This document shows, in pieces, positions 10,856 through 23,700 of a DNA stretch of 64,000 nt. The notes under the pieces are model-generated. The model had not been told where the DNA came from. It saw only the letters and a program-made list of their open reading frames with translations, and made no database searches. A program made the translations under genes and the position numbers. The stretch is taken from the NCBI GenBank assembly GCA_044892525.1, contig CM097887.1, positions 35,526,001 through 35,590,000 of the forward strand, in the 5' to 3' direction. Position 1 is the first letter of the stretch; each line of letters starts with the position of its first letter. The DNA comes from Schmidtea polychroa (Eukaryota).

Positions 10856-11761
10856 ATGACGAATGTCGTAAAAACCGACGAGTATAAAGAGAAGTTCAGA
10901 GGAGAACCGTTCAACGGAAATGCAAACAAGCTAGCAACGTTCATAACTAATTTTGAAGTTTATATCACTGTGTGTGGATGGACACCCGAAGCAATTAGTA
11001 AAAGGATGCCGTTGTTTTTGTGCGATAGTGCATTAGAGGTATATTTAGAAGCTAAAGAGAGAGACACGAAATTAGAAAAGTGGGAAGATATTAAAACATT
11101 CCTGAAGAAAACCTTCGGAGCCAGTAAGCCAATCAACCAGGCGTTGGGCGAACTAGCAAATAGGAAACAAAGAGCAAACGAATCGATAACATTATATGCC
11201 AGTGAATTGCGGAGATTAGCGAAGAAAGCAATGAATGGAAAATTACCCGAAGAAAATCTGATCGGTTATTTCATAGAGGGATTACGCCGAGAAGAAGTAA
11301 GAGCCTCAGTAGGTTGTCAAATGTGCAAAACATTAGAGGAAGCCATAGATTGGGCTACAAGATGCGAGCTCCACCTTCCAGCTCAAATGAATATTATGCA
11401 AGAGGAGGGAAGGATAGCGACAGCAATAGCGAAAGCGGATAACGGAGATAACAACAATCAAGAACCGAAAATGAATCAATTTATACCAGGAGCGCACCAA
11501 ATTTTCAAACCACCACAAGGACGATCAAACGGGAATAATGGTAATCGTAACAACCCGAATAATGAGAACAATTTCAATAATCGGCGAAATATGAACGATA
11601 ACAAGCAGTGCCGAACATGCGGTAAACCAGGACACTGGGACAGAGATTGTTATAGAAATTCAAATTGTAATCGTTGCGGACGGCGTGGACATACCGAAAA
11701 TGTATGCCAATTGAGAGGCTGTTTTAACTGTGGTCAGCCAGGTCACATCTCCAGAGATTGC
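10856..11761 (+). other. Gag domain: capsid-like region plus three CX2CX4HX4C zinc knuckles (11609-11761)
   Basis: FNGNANKLATFITNFE..WEDIKTFLKKTF..QRANESITLYASELRRLA; CRTCGKPGHWDRDC, CNRCGRRGHTENVC, CFNCGQPGHISRDC. Confidence 0.9.
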
Positions 11762-14700
11762 CGAGAAAGGGGCCAACAACAACGACCACCACAGCGAAAT
11801 AATAATTATATAGCGAATCCGCAACGACAAAGTAACCCTAACGAAGGAAAACAAATGAACGTTATGCAGGAAATTTCGCAGATGAAACAGATGATGCAAC
11901 AAATGATGAGACCAAGACAAGAATCAGCACCACAACAAACCCAGAATATACGTATGATGAGGAGTACCGAAAATCTCAACAATTATGAAGTGCATCAACA
12001 TGTACAAGAATGGCAAAGGCTACAGGCCGAGGAAGAGAGGATAAAACAAGAACGCAACCAACAACGACAAGAACAACCATTGCGAATAAATATGATGAAG
12101 TTAGTAAAAGACATGAAGAGCCAGTATTGCTACAATTACGGGAAAAGCCCAAGGGTAGTACCCATGACTGAACCAGAAAAAGTAAAGGAAATAACAACGG
12201 AAATGAAAACAGAGAATTCAACCACGATTTCAAAAGGAAACCAGAGAATTCAGAAAATATTCTGGAAAAAGATAAAGGATAAAATCGAAAAAGAACATAA
12301 TAAAGCGAAAACTGAGACAGAAGATGAAAATAACAAGAGCGAGGAACAAACCAGTCAACTAAATCACCAAATGCTACAAGAATCAGAATCAGAAGAAACA
12401 ACAATATTCGAAAGAAAGAAACTAAAGAGAGTACCAAGGATGAGAAACTTGCAAATCAATATGATGAAAAGGACAAAAGATGTAGCATCGTCAGACGAAG
12501 AAGAAGATTATGTAAGTAGTTTGGGTGGAGAAATACTACAGCCGAATGAAATAAGCGAACCCTCAAAAGGGGAAATCAAAGAGGAAGAAAGCGGAAACGA
12601 GATAACCAGCGAAAGTGAAGACGAAGATATCGAAATAAAGTTGAGAAAAGCAAGGGAGGAAGCGATAAAACAGGTAGCCGAAATACTCCCAGTAGTAGTG
12701 AGGAACCAAGAGTTCATCGACGTAATACCATTCAGGCGATTCGTGCAAAAAGTGATGAAATTGGAAAGAAACGAGAAAGACCTAATACCAAACGAGGAAA
12801 AATCAATTATAAAAAATTATATGGAAAAAATGAAGCAGGCCGATACCACGCGGTATGTAATAAAAATTGGAACGAGTAGAGGACTTGAAAGAATGTGGAT
12901 AAAAAATACAGTCACCGACGAACTTTTCGATTGGATACGAGAACATTTGGGAAGTTCGAGAAAGAAAGAATATCTGTATCAATACCAAGGAGAACAGATC
13001 AAACCAGATATGCACTTAGTAGATGCACTAATATGGCCAGGAGAAACGCAAATACTGAAGTTGCATAAAGAAAAACAACCAGCCAACCTTTACGACTGGG
13101 CTAAAGATGCCAAGGCAGAATATGATTTTAATATCAAATTGAAATTAGAACAAATAAAACAATGTACTCTGAGACGAAACCTGGATAAGCTGATCAAACA
13201 AATTCAAGAACAAGTAGAAGACAACTGGGATTTACTCATCACCAGACGAGCCCCAGCCATGTACGAACTAATGAGCCGGTTGCGAGATACAGAAATGCTC
13301 CGAATGAGTGATTGGAGAACCATAAATTTGATCCACAAATATGGAAGGTTAAAAGAAACCCAGCCACAGAGGTTGGAAATAACCATATGGTTACCGAACG
13401 AAGAAAAACGACGAATAAAAATGAGCAATCAGAGTACAGTGGATGACTTGGTATCAAAAATAAACCAAGAGATAACGGAAAAGGTACGTAGCGAAAGTAG
13501 TGATGGTATGGTGGATGATGTAGTCATGATGTACGATAAGATAATATTACGAGCGGAGGACGACACCTCGTTAAGCGAAATGGGTATGTGGGACAATCAT
13601 CAGATAATCAGGATAGTACCAATGGATGAATTCCGAACAAGAGATGTAACATATCAAAAAGAAATACGAGACCGGATGAAAACGTTGTATCAAAAATCTA
13701 CAGAAATAATTGAAATCCACCAACAATGGTTAAAAGAAAAAGAGCTACAAGGAAAAATCACGAAATTAAATACCAGATCCTGCAGACGAACCCCATGGGA
13801 AAGAGTGTGGAATGCAGAAAATAAGGAATGGGAAATCCGGAAAGGAATCTTCGTAGAAACAGACATTGGTGAGACAGAAAGTGAATCGGAGGAAGAAGAA
13901 GAGGAACCTCCAGAATATGAAGAGGAAGCAAGGGAACAGACATCAGATGACGAAAGCGAGACGGATGTCACATCAGAAAGCGAAAATGAAGCGAGACATA
14001 TTCATGCAATGAGGAAAAAGGAACGTGAATATGCTGATATGGACGGCGAGGAAGCGACGGAAGCAAGAGAACGAGAAGAGAAAGAAAGATATAAACAATT
14101 AGGCGATATCTTAGCAATGGGAGCGAAAAATCAAAAACGCCAAGTAGTAGCGTTGGCTAACATCATCTTAAAGACATCAGAGAATATCCACAATCTGAGA
14201 GGAATGGCAAAGGCAATAGAGGAATACCGGCAATATAATGAATGGTATCCAGAACAGCTAGAACAAATTATTCGAAAATGGAGAAATCAGGAATGGGCAC
14301 AAGACACTCAGGAGAGGTATCACATCCGAATCAAGTATCCGGACAAGAGCATCGAGGAACTAGAGGTGCATCCAACAACAAAGATTAGAGAATTAAAAAA
14401 GAAATTAGCATATGAAACTCCATTCCATCTGCAACTGTTCGGAAAATCACTAGACGATAATGCAGACGTCGGGATAACACCCATGAGATTGGAAGAGACA
14501 AATGTGTTAACAATGGCAGAAACGTTGGGAAAACCGTTAAAAAGGAAAAGTAAAATTATTAAACCAACAAAAGGCAGTTTGAGTACTCCAAGTCCGAACA
14601 AAGCACCAAGTAAATCTAATGAAACTGAAGAAGTTGAAGAGATAATCCTGGAAGATAGTGACGATGAACCAGGAGAAAGATCACCGCTATTAGTGAGATG

Positions 14701-17700
14701 GCCGACAGGAGCCGAAATGTGGACTAATAACCAGCCATCAACGAGTTATCAACAACCAACGAAACTGAACATCAAAGAAATCATCGACAACACTACGGAA
14801 ACCGAAACGGATGAACAATTCCAGAAGCAAAGAGAACCAACGAAAGTAACACCAGAAAGTCAAACCGACAAAATAATAGACGAATGGAATGAGTGGCTAA
14901 GAAATAACGATAGCTCATTACCCAGAACGGATAACGAAAGAAATCCGAATTACGAAAATACCAGAGAAGCCGGAACGATGATGGAAAAACGGGCAAAAGG
15001 AAGACCGAAGAAACAAGGAGAAAAGTCTGAGTTCAAAACCAAAGAACAATTAAAGCAAGAACAAGGGCAAGTTCGATTAGAAAAATTGGATAAAATAGTA
15101 TGGGATCTAAAGGAAGCCCAACCAACGATCGAAAGAGGAGAAAAATGGATACGAGAATTGTTAAAAGATATGTTAATAATAACAAACCCACAACTTAGAC
15201 GTTTGTGGCAACGGAAAGTAGCCAGTACGGAAGCTAGACAATTATGGCACACCATTTCGGGGATAATCCCAAGGTTAATCAAAGAGAAAACGAAAACCAC
15301 CAAAACGGATTGGGATGAAACAAAGAGAGTGATTGAGCAGCTCACGACAAATGCAAACGATGACGAACATCACCTAGTGGTAATCACGTATTTGATGTAT
15401 AATTTGATGGGACTAGCTGCGAGGAAAATACCAAATAAACAGTTTGCAAATCATGTGGAAATGACCGTTTCAATCATAGAGAATACTATTGAACCACATA
15501 TCATTCGTGCAGGAGGATGGAAAAGACTGATACAAGCGCCACGGAAAAATGAGCAAGAAAGGTCGATGCAAGTTAGATTGAAAAAACTATTAAATGAACT
15601 AGAATGGGAACTACCAATGAAAGATCCCGCAAGCAGAAAAGCATCAATAAATTCGTTAATGATGACTATGATGATATGGATGTTGTGCACAAGTGGAGCA
15701 ACAGGCTTCACCATCTACGATTGTGATAATATGATAATGAGAGATAAATACTCATTGAGAGACATAGAAGAATGCAGACAAGCCTCACCCAACAAATTGG
15801 ACATCGTGAGAACAAAAGTTACTTACCATGTATATCAAGAATCAGATTTCATCAGAACGCAAGCAAGGGAATGCGTAGTATCAAAAAAGGTACTCGCATA
15901 TTACTGTGGACAATATTCGTATTCGACTCTTATACTACCCGGTCTGGATAAAGAAATCGTATCAATACAACGAGAGGATTGTAAAGAGCTATTTAGAACC
16001 GGAGCGCTAAAAATGCATAACGGAGTGACAATTCACGGACAAACTGGAATGATTAAAACCGAAAGTGTTTACGTATCCGGAAAAGTAAAATCATCAGATG
16101 GGTCATGTAACGGAGGTACGTATACGATCCGAGGCGAGGTAATATCGGGAGTTGTAGTGATCGAGTCTTACACGGTCGAATTAAAAGAATACGAAGCGCA
16201 ATTTGACGCAAATAATTACCAAATGAAGACCAACCCAGCGTGTAAAGCTACAGAAAACGTATGCAGGACAGGAGTATCAACTATAATCTATGAAGCTAAT
16301 ACCCAAAAATGCCGACTCCAACTGTTAAAAAGTGCTTTGTTCAATGAAGTAAAAGGAGAAATATATGAGAACGAGAACGACGAGGATGGAAACGACAGAG
16401 TGAGAATGCGAAATGGAAAACCAATGCCACCATCTCCCAGAGAAAAGAGACTTTCAACGCAGAAGACACCAACAGCATTAATCACAGACGATCCAGATCT
16501 AGGTATGAGATTTATCAAAGAGAAAGAAACCACCAAATGTGACAGTATAGTATATAAAACCAATTACGCAGGTATCTACATGTCGAGACAAATAATCGAT
16601 AGAGCAGTGGGAAAGATAGCAACGGAGGACGTAAAACTATACTTATATGCAAATAATAAAATGGATTTTCTATTTCATCGTGGACAAACGACCTTGCAAA
16701 AAGTATATTACGATCTGATACAAAACGATTGTTCATTGAATAAAGAAATATTGAAAACAAAGCTAGCTATTGCGATAACGCACCCCGATAACACGATGCC
16801 ATCACTCCCATTACCAGATGGACACTTTGGTAGAATGGTAGGAGAAGTGATGTACACATACCAGTGTACCAAGACGTATGCACGAATGCCAGAAAAATCC
16901 ATACTACCCGAAAAGAGATGTGCAAATGAATTAGAAATTCGTTATAAAGGACAAAATCGATTCGTCCAACCAGTCACTAGAATTATGAATCCAGTGGGTT
17001 TCTACCCAAATCTCTTTAACTGTTCTAATGCATACGGACCTTTATATGAAAGGCCCGATGGGAAATGGATGATGTTACCGGGAAAAACCATATCCGAGGA
17101 GCCCAAGAAATTTGGATTAATAGAACTCGCCACAGAGCTGGATTTCAAACCTATAGACGTGTCAAACGGTGGTATGTATTCCCCAGAAGATCTAGAAACA
17201 GCACGACTTAACGTACTCTTCCCAGCCAGACGAGAATCCATTTTGTCTAATATGGTTACAATAACTGGGGGCACAAATTATCAATCAGGCCCGAATTACG
17301 AGCTGCTATTATCGCCAGACCATTTTCAACAAGCTACGTCAAACATGATGAAAGCAATGTGGGGAAGATTCTTAGTTTTTGGACAAATGATGGCCGGGAT
17401 ATTAGGGATCATACTCATAATTCAGATAGTCAGAGTAATACTAACACAAATGTTAGCTTGTTTCGATATATACAAGCGGGAAAAGAAAGTTAACTGGAAA
17501 ATGATAGTAGGCTTCCTACCATTTTTAGCTAAAACCATGGTATTACATGGTCACTCAAAAGACATTCATCGGATAAAGCGATTGATAAAAATATTAACAA
17601 AGATTAAAGGAACCGACGAAGAAGTAGGCAGACGATTCCGGAAAGTAATGTACGATGAAGCAACAAGACGACAATTGAAAAAGAATAAGCCAAAATTCTT

Positions 17701-20700
17701 GGACCGATTTAGAAGCCAATCATCTAACAGCGATAGTGACGACGATGATAACGGGAACGATAAATGTCTTTACCCAAACAGAAACCCAAACGAAAAACCA
17801 ATGGAAACGGCACCATATTGGGAAAAGGAAAAGACAAACACCTGGATCGCCAATGGAAGCTATATACCACCGGATATCGTGGGACCACAAGCAGCTTTGA
17901 CCATGACCCAAAATATGTATCCGCAATTACCGAGTCAACCCGGTATGCATTATATGCCAACACGACGTACCAAAAGTGTAGATCAAGCAGATGACGTAAG
18001 AACAATCGCAGCAATGAGTTTACCTGGAGGTCCAGCAGTAACAGTTATGATTCAAATCAATGGTAAAGAAACCAATGCTATGATAGACACCGGAGCTAAT
18101 GTATCAGCAATAGCGATTAATCAAATTCCCAGTAAACACTGGAAAGATATCGAATCAACAACAATTCACATCATAGCATGTAGTAAAGAAACAGTGGACG
18201 TGGTCGGAAGATGGTGGACTACATTGAGATACCAGGACAACGAAATTGAAACGTATTTGGCAGTAATACCAAAACTTAGCGTACCATGCATAATCGGAAC
18301 GGATTTGATGCCAGAATTGTTAAAAGAAGTCGTAATTGACTTAACAACCATGTGTTTAAAAGACAAAACCGGTAGAATATGCAAAATGAATGCAGTCATC
18401 AGATGTCCAGAAAAAATAATAGTACCAGCAAAATCGCAGATGATTTGTCAGATAAAAGTGGATACGGGTATGGAAGGAGAAGTTATCTTTGAACCAAGCA
18501 AGTCATTCGAAAAGCGACGAGAATTACCACTCGCAAGAGAAATAATCACAATAAACCAAGAAGGAGTGATACCGCTCAACATCACGAATTTCGAAGAGGA
18601 AGACAAAATCATTTATGAGAACGAAAAATTGGGAAGATTGACCCCAATGATGGACATAGAATTACCGAAAGTGACCAACGAGATGATCAAAGATGATGAA
18701 TTATGGACAATAGATAGTATGTTGTTGACGAATGATGAAAAGAAAAAATTACACCGATTGTTGGTAGAATATAAAGATATATTCGCCATCTCAGACTTAG
18801 ACTTGGGTACATGCGATGTTACCCTACATGCAATACCCCTCATAGATGAAACCCCAATTGCATTAAGACCATACAAGCTAGCAGAAATGCAAAAAGAAAT
18901 AGCCGAAGCAGAAGTACAAAAGATGCTAGACGCAAAAGTAATCGAACCAAGTTGCTCACCCTGGCAATTCCCAGTGGTCATGGTAAAAAAGAAAGATGGC
19001 ACCCAACGATTCTGTATCGATTATCGGAAGTTAAACGCAGTGACCAAGAGAGATACCTATCCATTGCCGGACATCAATGAGATGTTATTGATGTTGCAAG
19101 GGGCAGCATATTTTACTTCTCTAGATCTAAAAAGTGGATACTGGCAGATTAAAGTCAAAGATGAGGACAAAGAGAAAACAGCTTTCACGTTGGGACGAGA
19201 TCTATATCAATTCAGAAAAATGCCATTTGGACTGACTAACGCACCAGCATCATTTCAACGGTGTATGAACTTTGTCACCCATGGAATCAAACAATGTATG
19301 GTATATATTGATGATTTACTAATCTATTCAGCGACATTTGAACAACATCTAGAGGATATCCGAAACGTATTTATTAGATTAAGACAGTGGAAACTCAAAC
19401 TCAAACCATCAAAATGCGATTGGGCAAAGGAAAAAGTCACGTTTTTAGGACACATAGTGTCAGCTAAAGGAAAGGAGCCAGATCCAAGAAACATTGAGAA
19501 AATAAAAACATGTCCAGCACCGAAAACTGTCACCCAAGTGCAGGAATTTCTAGGATTATGCGGATACTATCGCAAATTTATCAAAAATTATGCAGGAATT
19601 GCAAAACCAATCCAGGAATTAGTAAAGAAGGATATTTCGTTCATTTGGGAAAAAGAACAACAACAGGCGTTCGAAACGCTGAGAGATAAACTAATCGAAG
19701 CACCTATCCTCGTACACCCAGATTTTAAGAAGCCATTTCTATTGGCAACGGATGCAAGCGGGTACGCGGCAGGCGCGATTCTGGGACAATTAGACGATGA
19801 GGGAAAAGAGAGAGTAATCGGGTATTACAGTCGAACATTCAAAAAGCACGAAAAGAACTATTCGGTAACAGAACGAGAAGCATTGGCTATAATACAAGCT
19901 ATCAAACACTTCCGATATTTACTATGGGGACATGAGATATGCATAACCACGGATCATCAACCATTAGTGTGGTTAGGGCAACATAAAGAAGCGTCCAGTA
20001 GACTGATGCGATGGGCCATGCAATTGCAAGAATACTCCCCATTTATAAAATTCAAAGCGGGAAGAGCAAATGCCAACGCCGATTGTATGTCAAGATTTAT
20101 TTTCCCAGATTTGGTGGATTCAGAAATGCAACGCATATGCTTAATAGTAGCGGAAGATTTGGATTTCTGTCAATTACGAAAGGACCAACAAGAGGACGCG
20201 GAATTAAAACAAATTATCGATTATGTAAAAACCGGAAAGACAGAGGTATATGCGAAAGACCAAAAATTAAAAGAACATATGGATAAACACCGACACCGAT
20301 ATATTATAGAGAAAGATTGGTTGCTGATAATGGATGGGGAAAAACGATTAATGTGTATACCGGAAAACCGACGAAAAGAGTTACTAACGCAATATCACGA
20401 TGGGAGATTGGGAGGACATATGTCATCGAAAAAGACGTTAGCAAGAATGAAACAGAAATATTTTTGGCCTACGTTAACTGAAGATGTAACTGAATGGGTA
20501 AAAAATTGTCTAACTTGTACAACCAGGAAGAATACTGGATCGAAATGGAAAGCACCTTTAACACCAATGCCAGTACCAATAGAACCAATGACAATGATAT
20601 CCATGGACGTAGTTGGTCCACTACCAGAGTCAGATAAAGGAAACGTTTACATTCTAGTGATCACAGACTTTCTTACGAAATTCCCAGAAGCATTCGCGAT

Positions 20701-23700
20701 GCCAGACCAAAAAGCTAAAACAATCGCAAAAATTTTGGTAGAAGAGATATGTTGCCGATATGGAACACCAAAACAAATCTTAACCGATCAGGGAACTAAT
20801 TTTATGAGTGAGATAATGAGCGAAGTAACAAATTACTTCAAAATAGCAAAACTAAGAACATCTCCATACCACCCTCAAACCAATGGGATGACGGAAAGAT
20901 TTAATGGAACACTTATACAAATGTTATCAAACTACGTTGACCGTCACCAACGAGATTGGGATGAATATATAAACCTATGTCTTATGGCGTACAGAATGTC
21001 GATTCACGCATCAACGAAAATGAGCCCATTCAAATTAATGTACGGAAGAGAATGTAATATGCCAATGGACCTGGAATACCAACCACCGATATCGCAGTAT
21101 ATGGAGATCGATGATTATGTTACGAAATTCAAGGAAAGAATGCAAGAAATTTGGGAAACTGCGGGATTAAATATCAAGTTCTACCAGGAAAGTTATAAAG
21201 ATTTACACGATCGAAAGAAAAACGTGAAGCAACATACGTTCCAAACAGGTGATTGGGTAATGATAGAAACCCCGGAATTAATTCCAGGAACCACAAAAAA
21301 GTTACAACGCAACGGAAAAGGACCATATGAGATCTTATTCGTAGGCGAAACTAATGTAAGAGTGAAATTGGTAAATAACCCCTTTACCAGACCAATATAC
21401 GTAAACGTGGCACGATGCAAATCAATTCCAAAAACAGCCACTAGTCAACCAGAAGGCCGTACATTAACCACACGTTCGCAAACCTACCGAATGAACATGA
21501 TGCAACAACTCGCGGAACCGATCACTGGACGATTAGGTATCCAACCATCAGAAGCGGAAAAGATTGTAAAAGAGGTAAAAATTAGAATACCTGGATGGGC
21601 AAAAGATCGATTAGATTTCGAAATATTAGGAGGATTATTGACGATGATCGAGAACTATGCAAATAGAGAAAGGACACACCCATTATTGCGAGTAGTCAAA
21701 AGCCAATGGCCAATATTATTTACAATAACAGATCATTACGGAGACACACCATTACACAAACTCATGAAAGTAGGTAACAACGAGCAAATACTAGAAACAA
21801 TAGAAGCATTTCACGACTGCAAGCGATCAACAGAACAAACAAACAACCAAGGTTACACACCATTAATGATAGCCGCAAACAGAGGCAAAACCAAAGACAT
21901 TATAACCGCATTACTCGATACCGGATCGAAAATAACTACACAAGACCACGAGCGGAAAAACGCTCTACATCATGCTATCGAAGGGAGAAGTACCGAGGCG
22001 TTCACGTCATTGATGGAACTACTATCATATGAGGACAATCGGGAAGTCGGAAACATGTATGATGGATTATTAACAGCGACCAAAGAAAAACTGACAACAA
22101 TTACCGGAATATTAATTACATGGAGAAATCCAATTCGAAACGATTATATGATCAACGTAAACGAAGCGTTCACGAGAGGAGAGAACACGCTGATGAGAGA
22201 AGCTATGAAAGGACATCATTTATTCGAAATTCCGAATCAATTACTAGAACGAGGGATAAAATTCACAAATCATAAAGACGAACAGTTAGCAAAAAAGCGA
22301 ATCGACACATTCGAAAAATCCCTATTCCAATTTACTAACCAAGTACGAAATAAATATTGGGAAACGGTAAGTGTGTTATATATGATGGACACAATGAATA
22401 ACATCCGCGAGAATTACCTGGATATTATCCAAATACTTACAGCAGAGGAACGAATCAATAATCCAAACGGAAAGAAAACGAAAATAAGGTATGGGAAATC
22501 AAGGGAACCAAAATTGACAACGAACCAAAAGGTCACAAATAACGTCATCGAAACAAAATCAATGAGTATAGATCAGGAGGCAATAATACGCAAAGCGAAA
22601 GAGGTATTCTTTGAGGAAATGCTAGAGCTGCCAGACGACATAATATTGTCCAAAATAATAAAAGCCGTACACACATACGCAAGAGATCAAACCACGGATT
22701 TGGATATCGGGAAAATCAAAACCTTCTTGCCTCGAGCATTTACGATGATAACGAAGGATTCCAGAACACCCCTACAACAAGCAATACTAGCAGCGAAAGA
22801 AAATAGAGCAATAACGATCGTGAGAATCCTTGGAGAGATGGGCGAGGAAACCAACACGAAAAATGAACAAGGTGAAACCGCTATGATGTATGCAGCTATA
22901 ACGAAAATACACCCAAAAACACTCCACATCCTACATCAATCAGGATCGAAACTAGACGAAAAGTCCAATGAAGGAAATTCCACCTTGGACTGGGCAACCA
23001 TACAGCCAAACTTAGAAATGATCAGATTTATTTGCAAAAATGCGACAAAAGAAGAAGTTGAAAATATGTGCAAAAACACATCTCAGTTTCAATGGAATAC
23101 GGTACGGAAAAATCTAGAAGCAATGAAATTATTATTAACCTGGAGAGTACCACAAAATAATAAATATGCGATAAATGTAAACGAATTCTACGAAAACGGA
23201 GAAAATGCGATGGTAAAGAATACCCTAACTAAGGGGGGGACGCCTAAAATTATTTTATTAGTATTAAATAGAGAAGACCTAAAATTCACGCAAAATCAGA
23301 ACGAGCAACAACGAATTGGGAAACATCGTCGTATGCAATTGAGAGAGTTAGTTAAAGAATGGAATAGAAAGAGACATGCTGCAACGGGTAGAAAAGAGTT
23401 TGAATTCGAAGCAAAATTAGCAAGAAACAGAGTGCTAACAGCATATCGCAGATTATTGAACGATATAAATGTCGAGGACGACATTTTAAACGACAGCGGG
23501 GGAGATAAACACGATGACAATAACGGAAAAGGCCGAAAGGAGGATAAAGAGAAAAGAGAACCGGAGGAGGGTAAACCGGAAAACAAGGATTCGGATACGA
23601 AAAGAGAGGGAAACAGCCCGGGAACTAAGACCAAAGAGGAGGAAAAATCGAATAATGGAAAACAGAGGGTATGCCTACCTTTCACTAACAAAGAAATAGA

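Noticed and set aside
17560-18040. Programmed gag-pol frameshift or readthrough
   Set aside because: The frame is continuous from Gag through IN, so none is needed
18400-18650. dUTPase between PR and RT
   Set aside because: Beta-rich spacer common in gypsy Pol; the five dUTPase motifs are not recognisable
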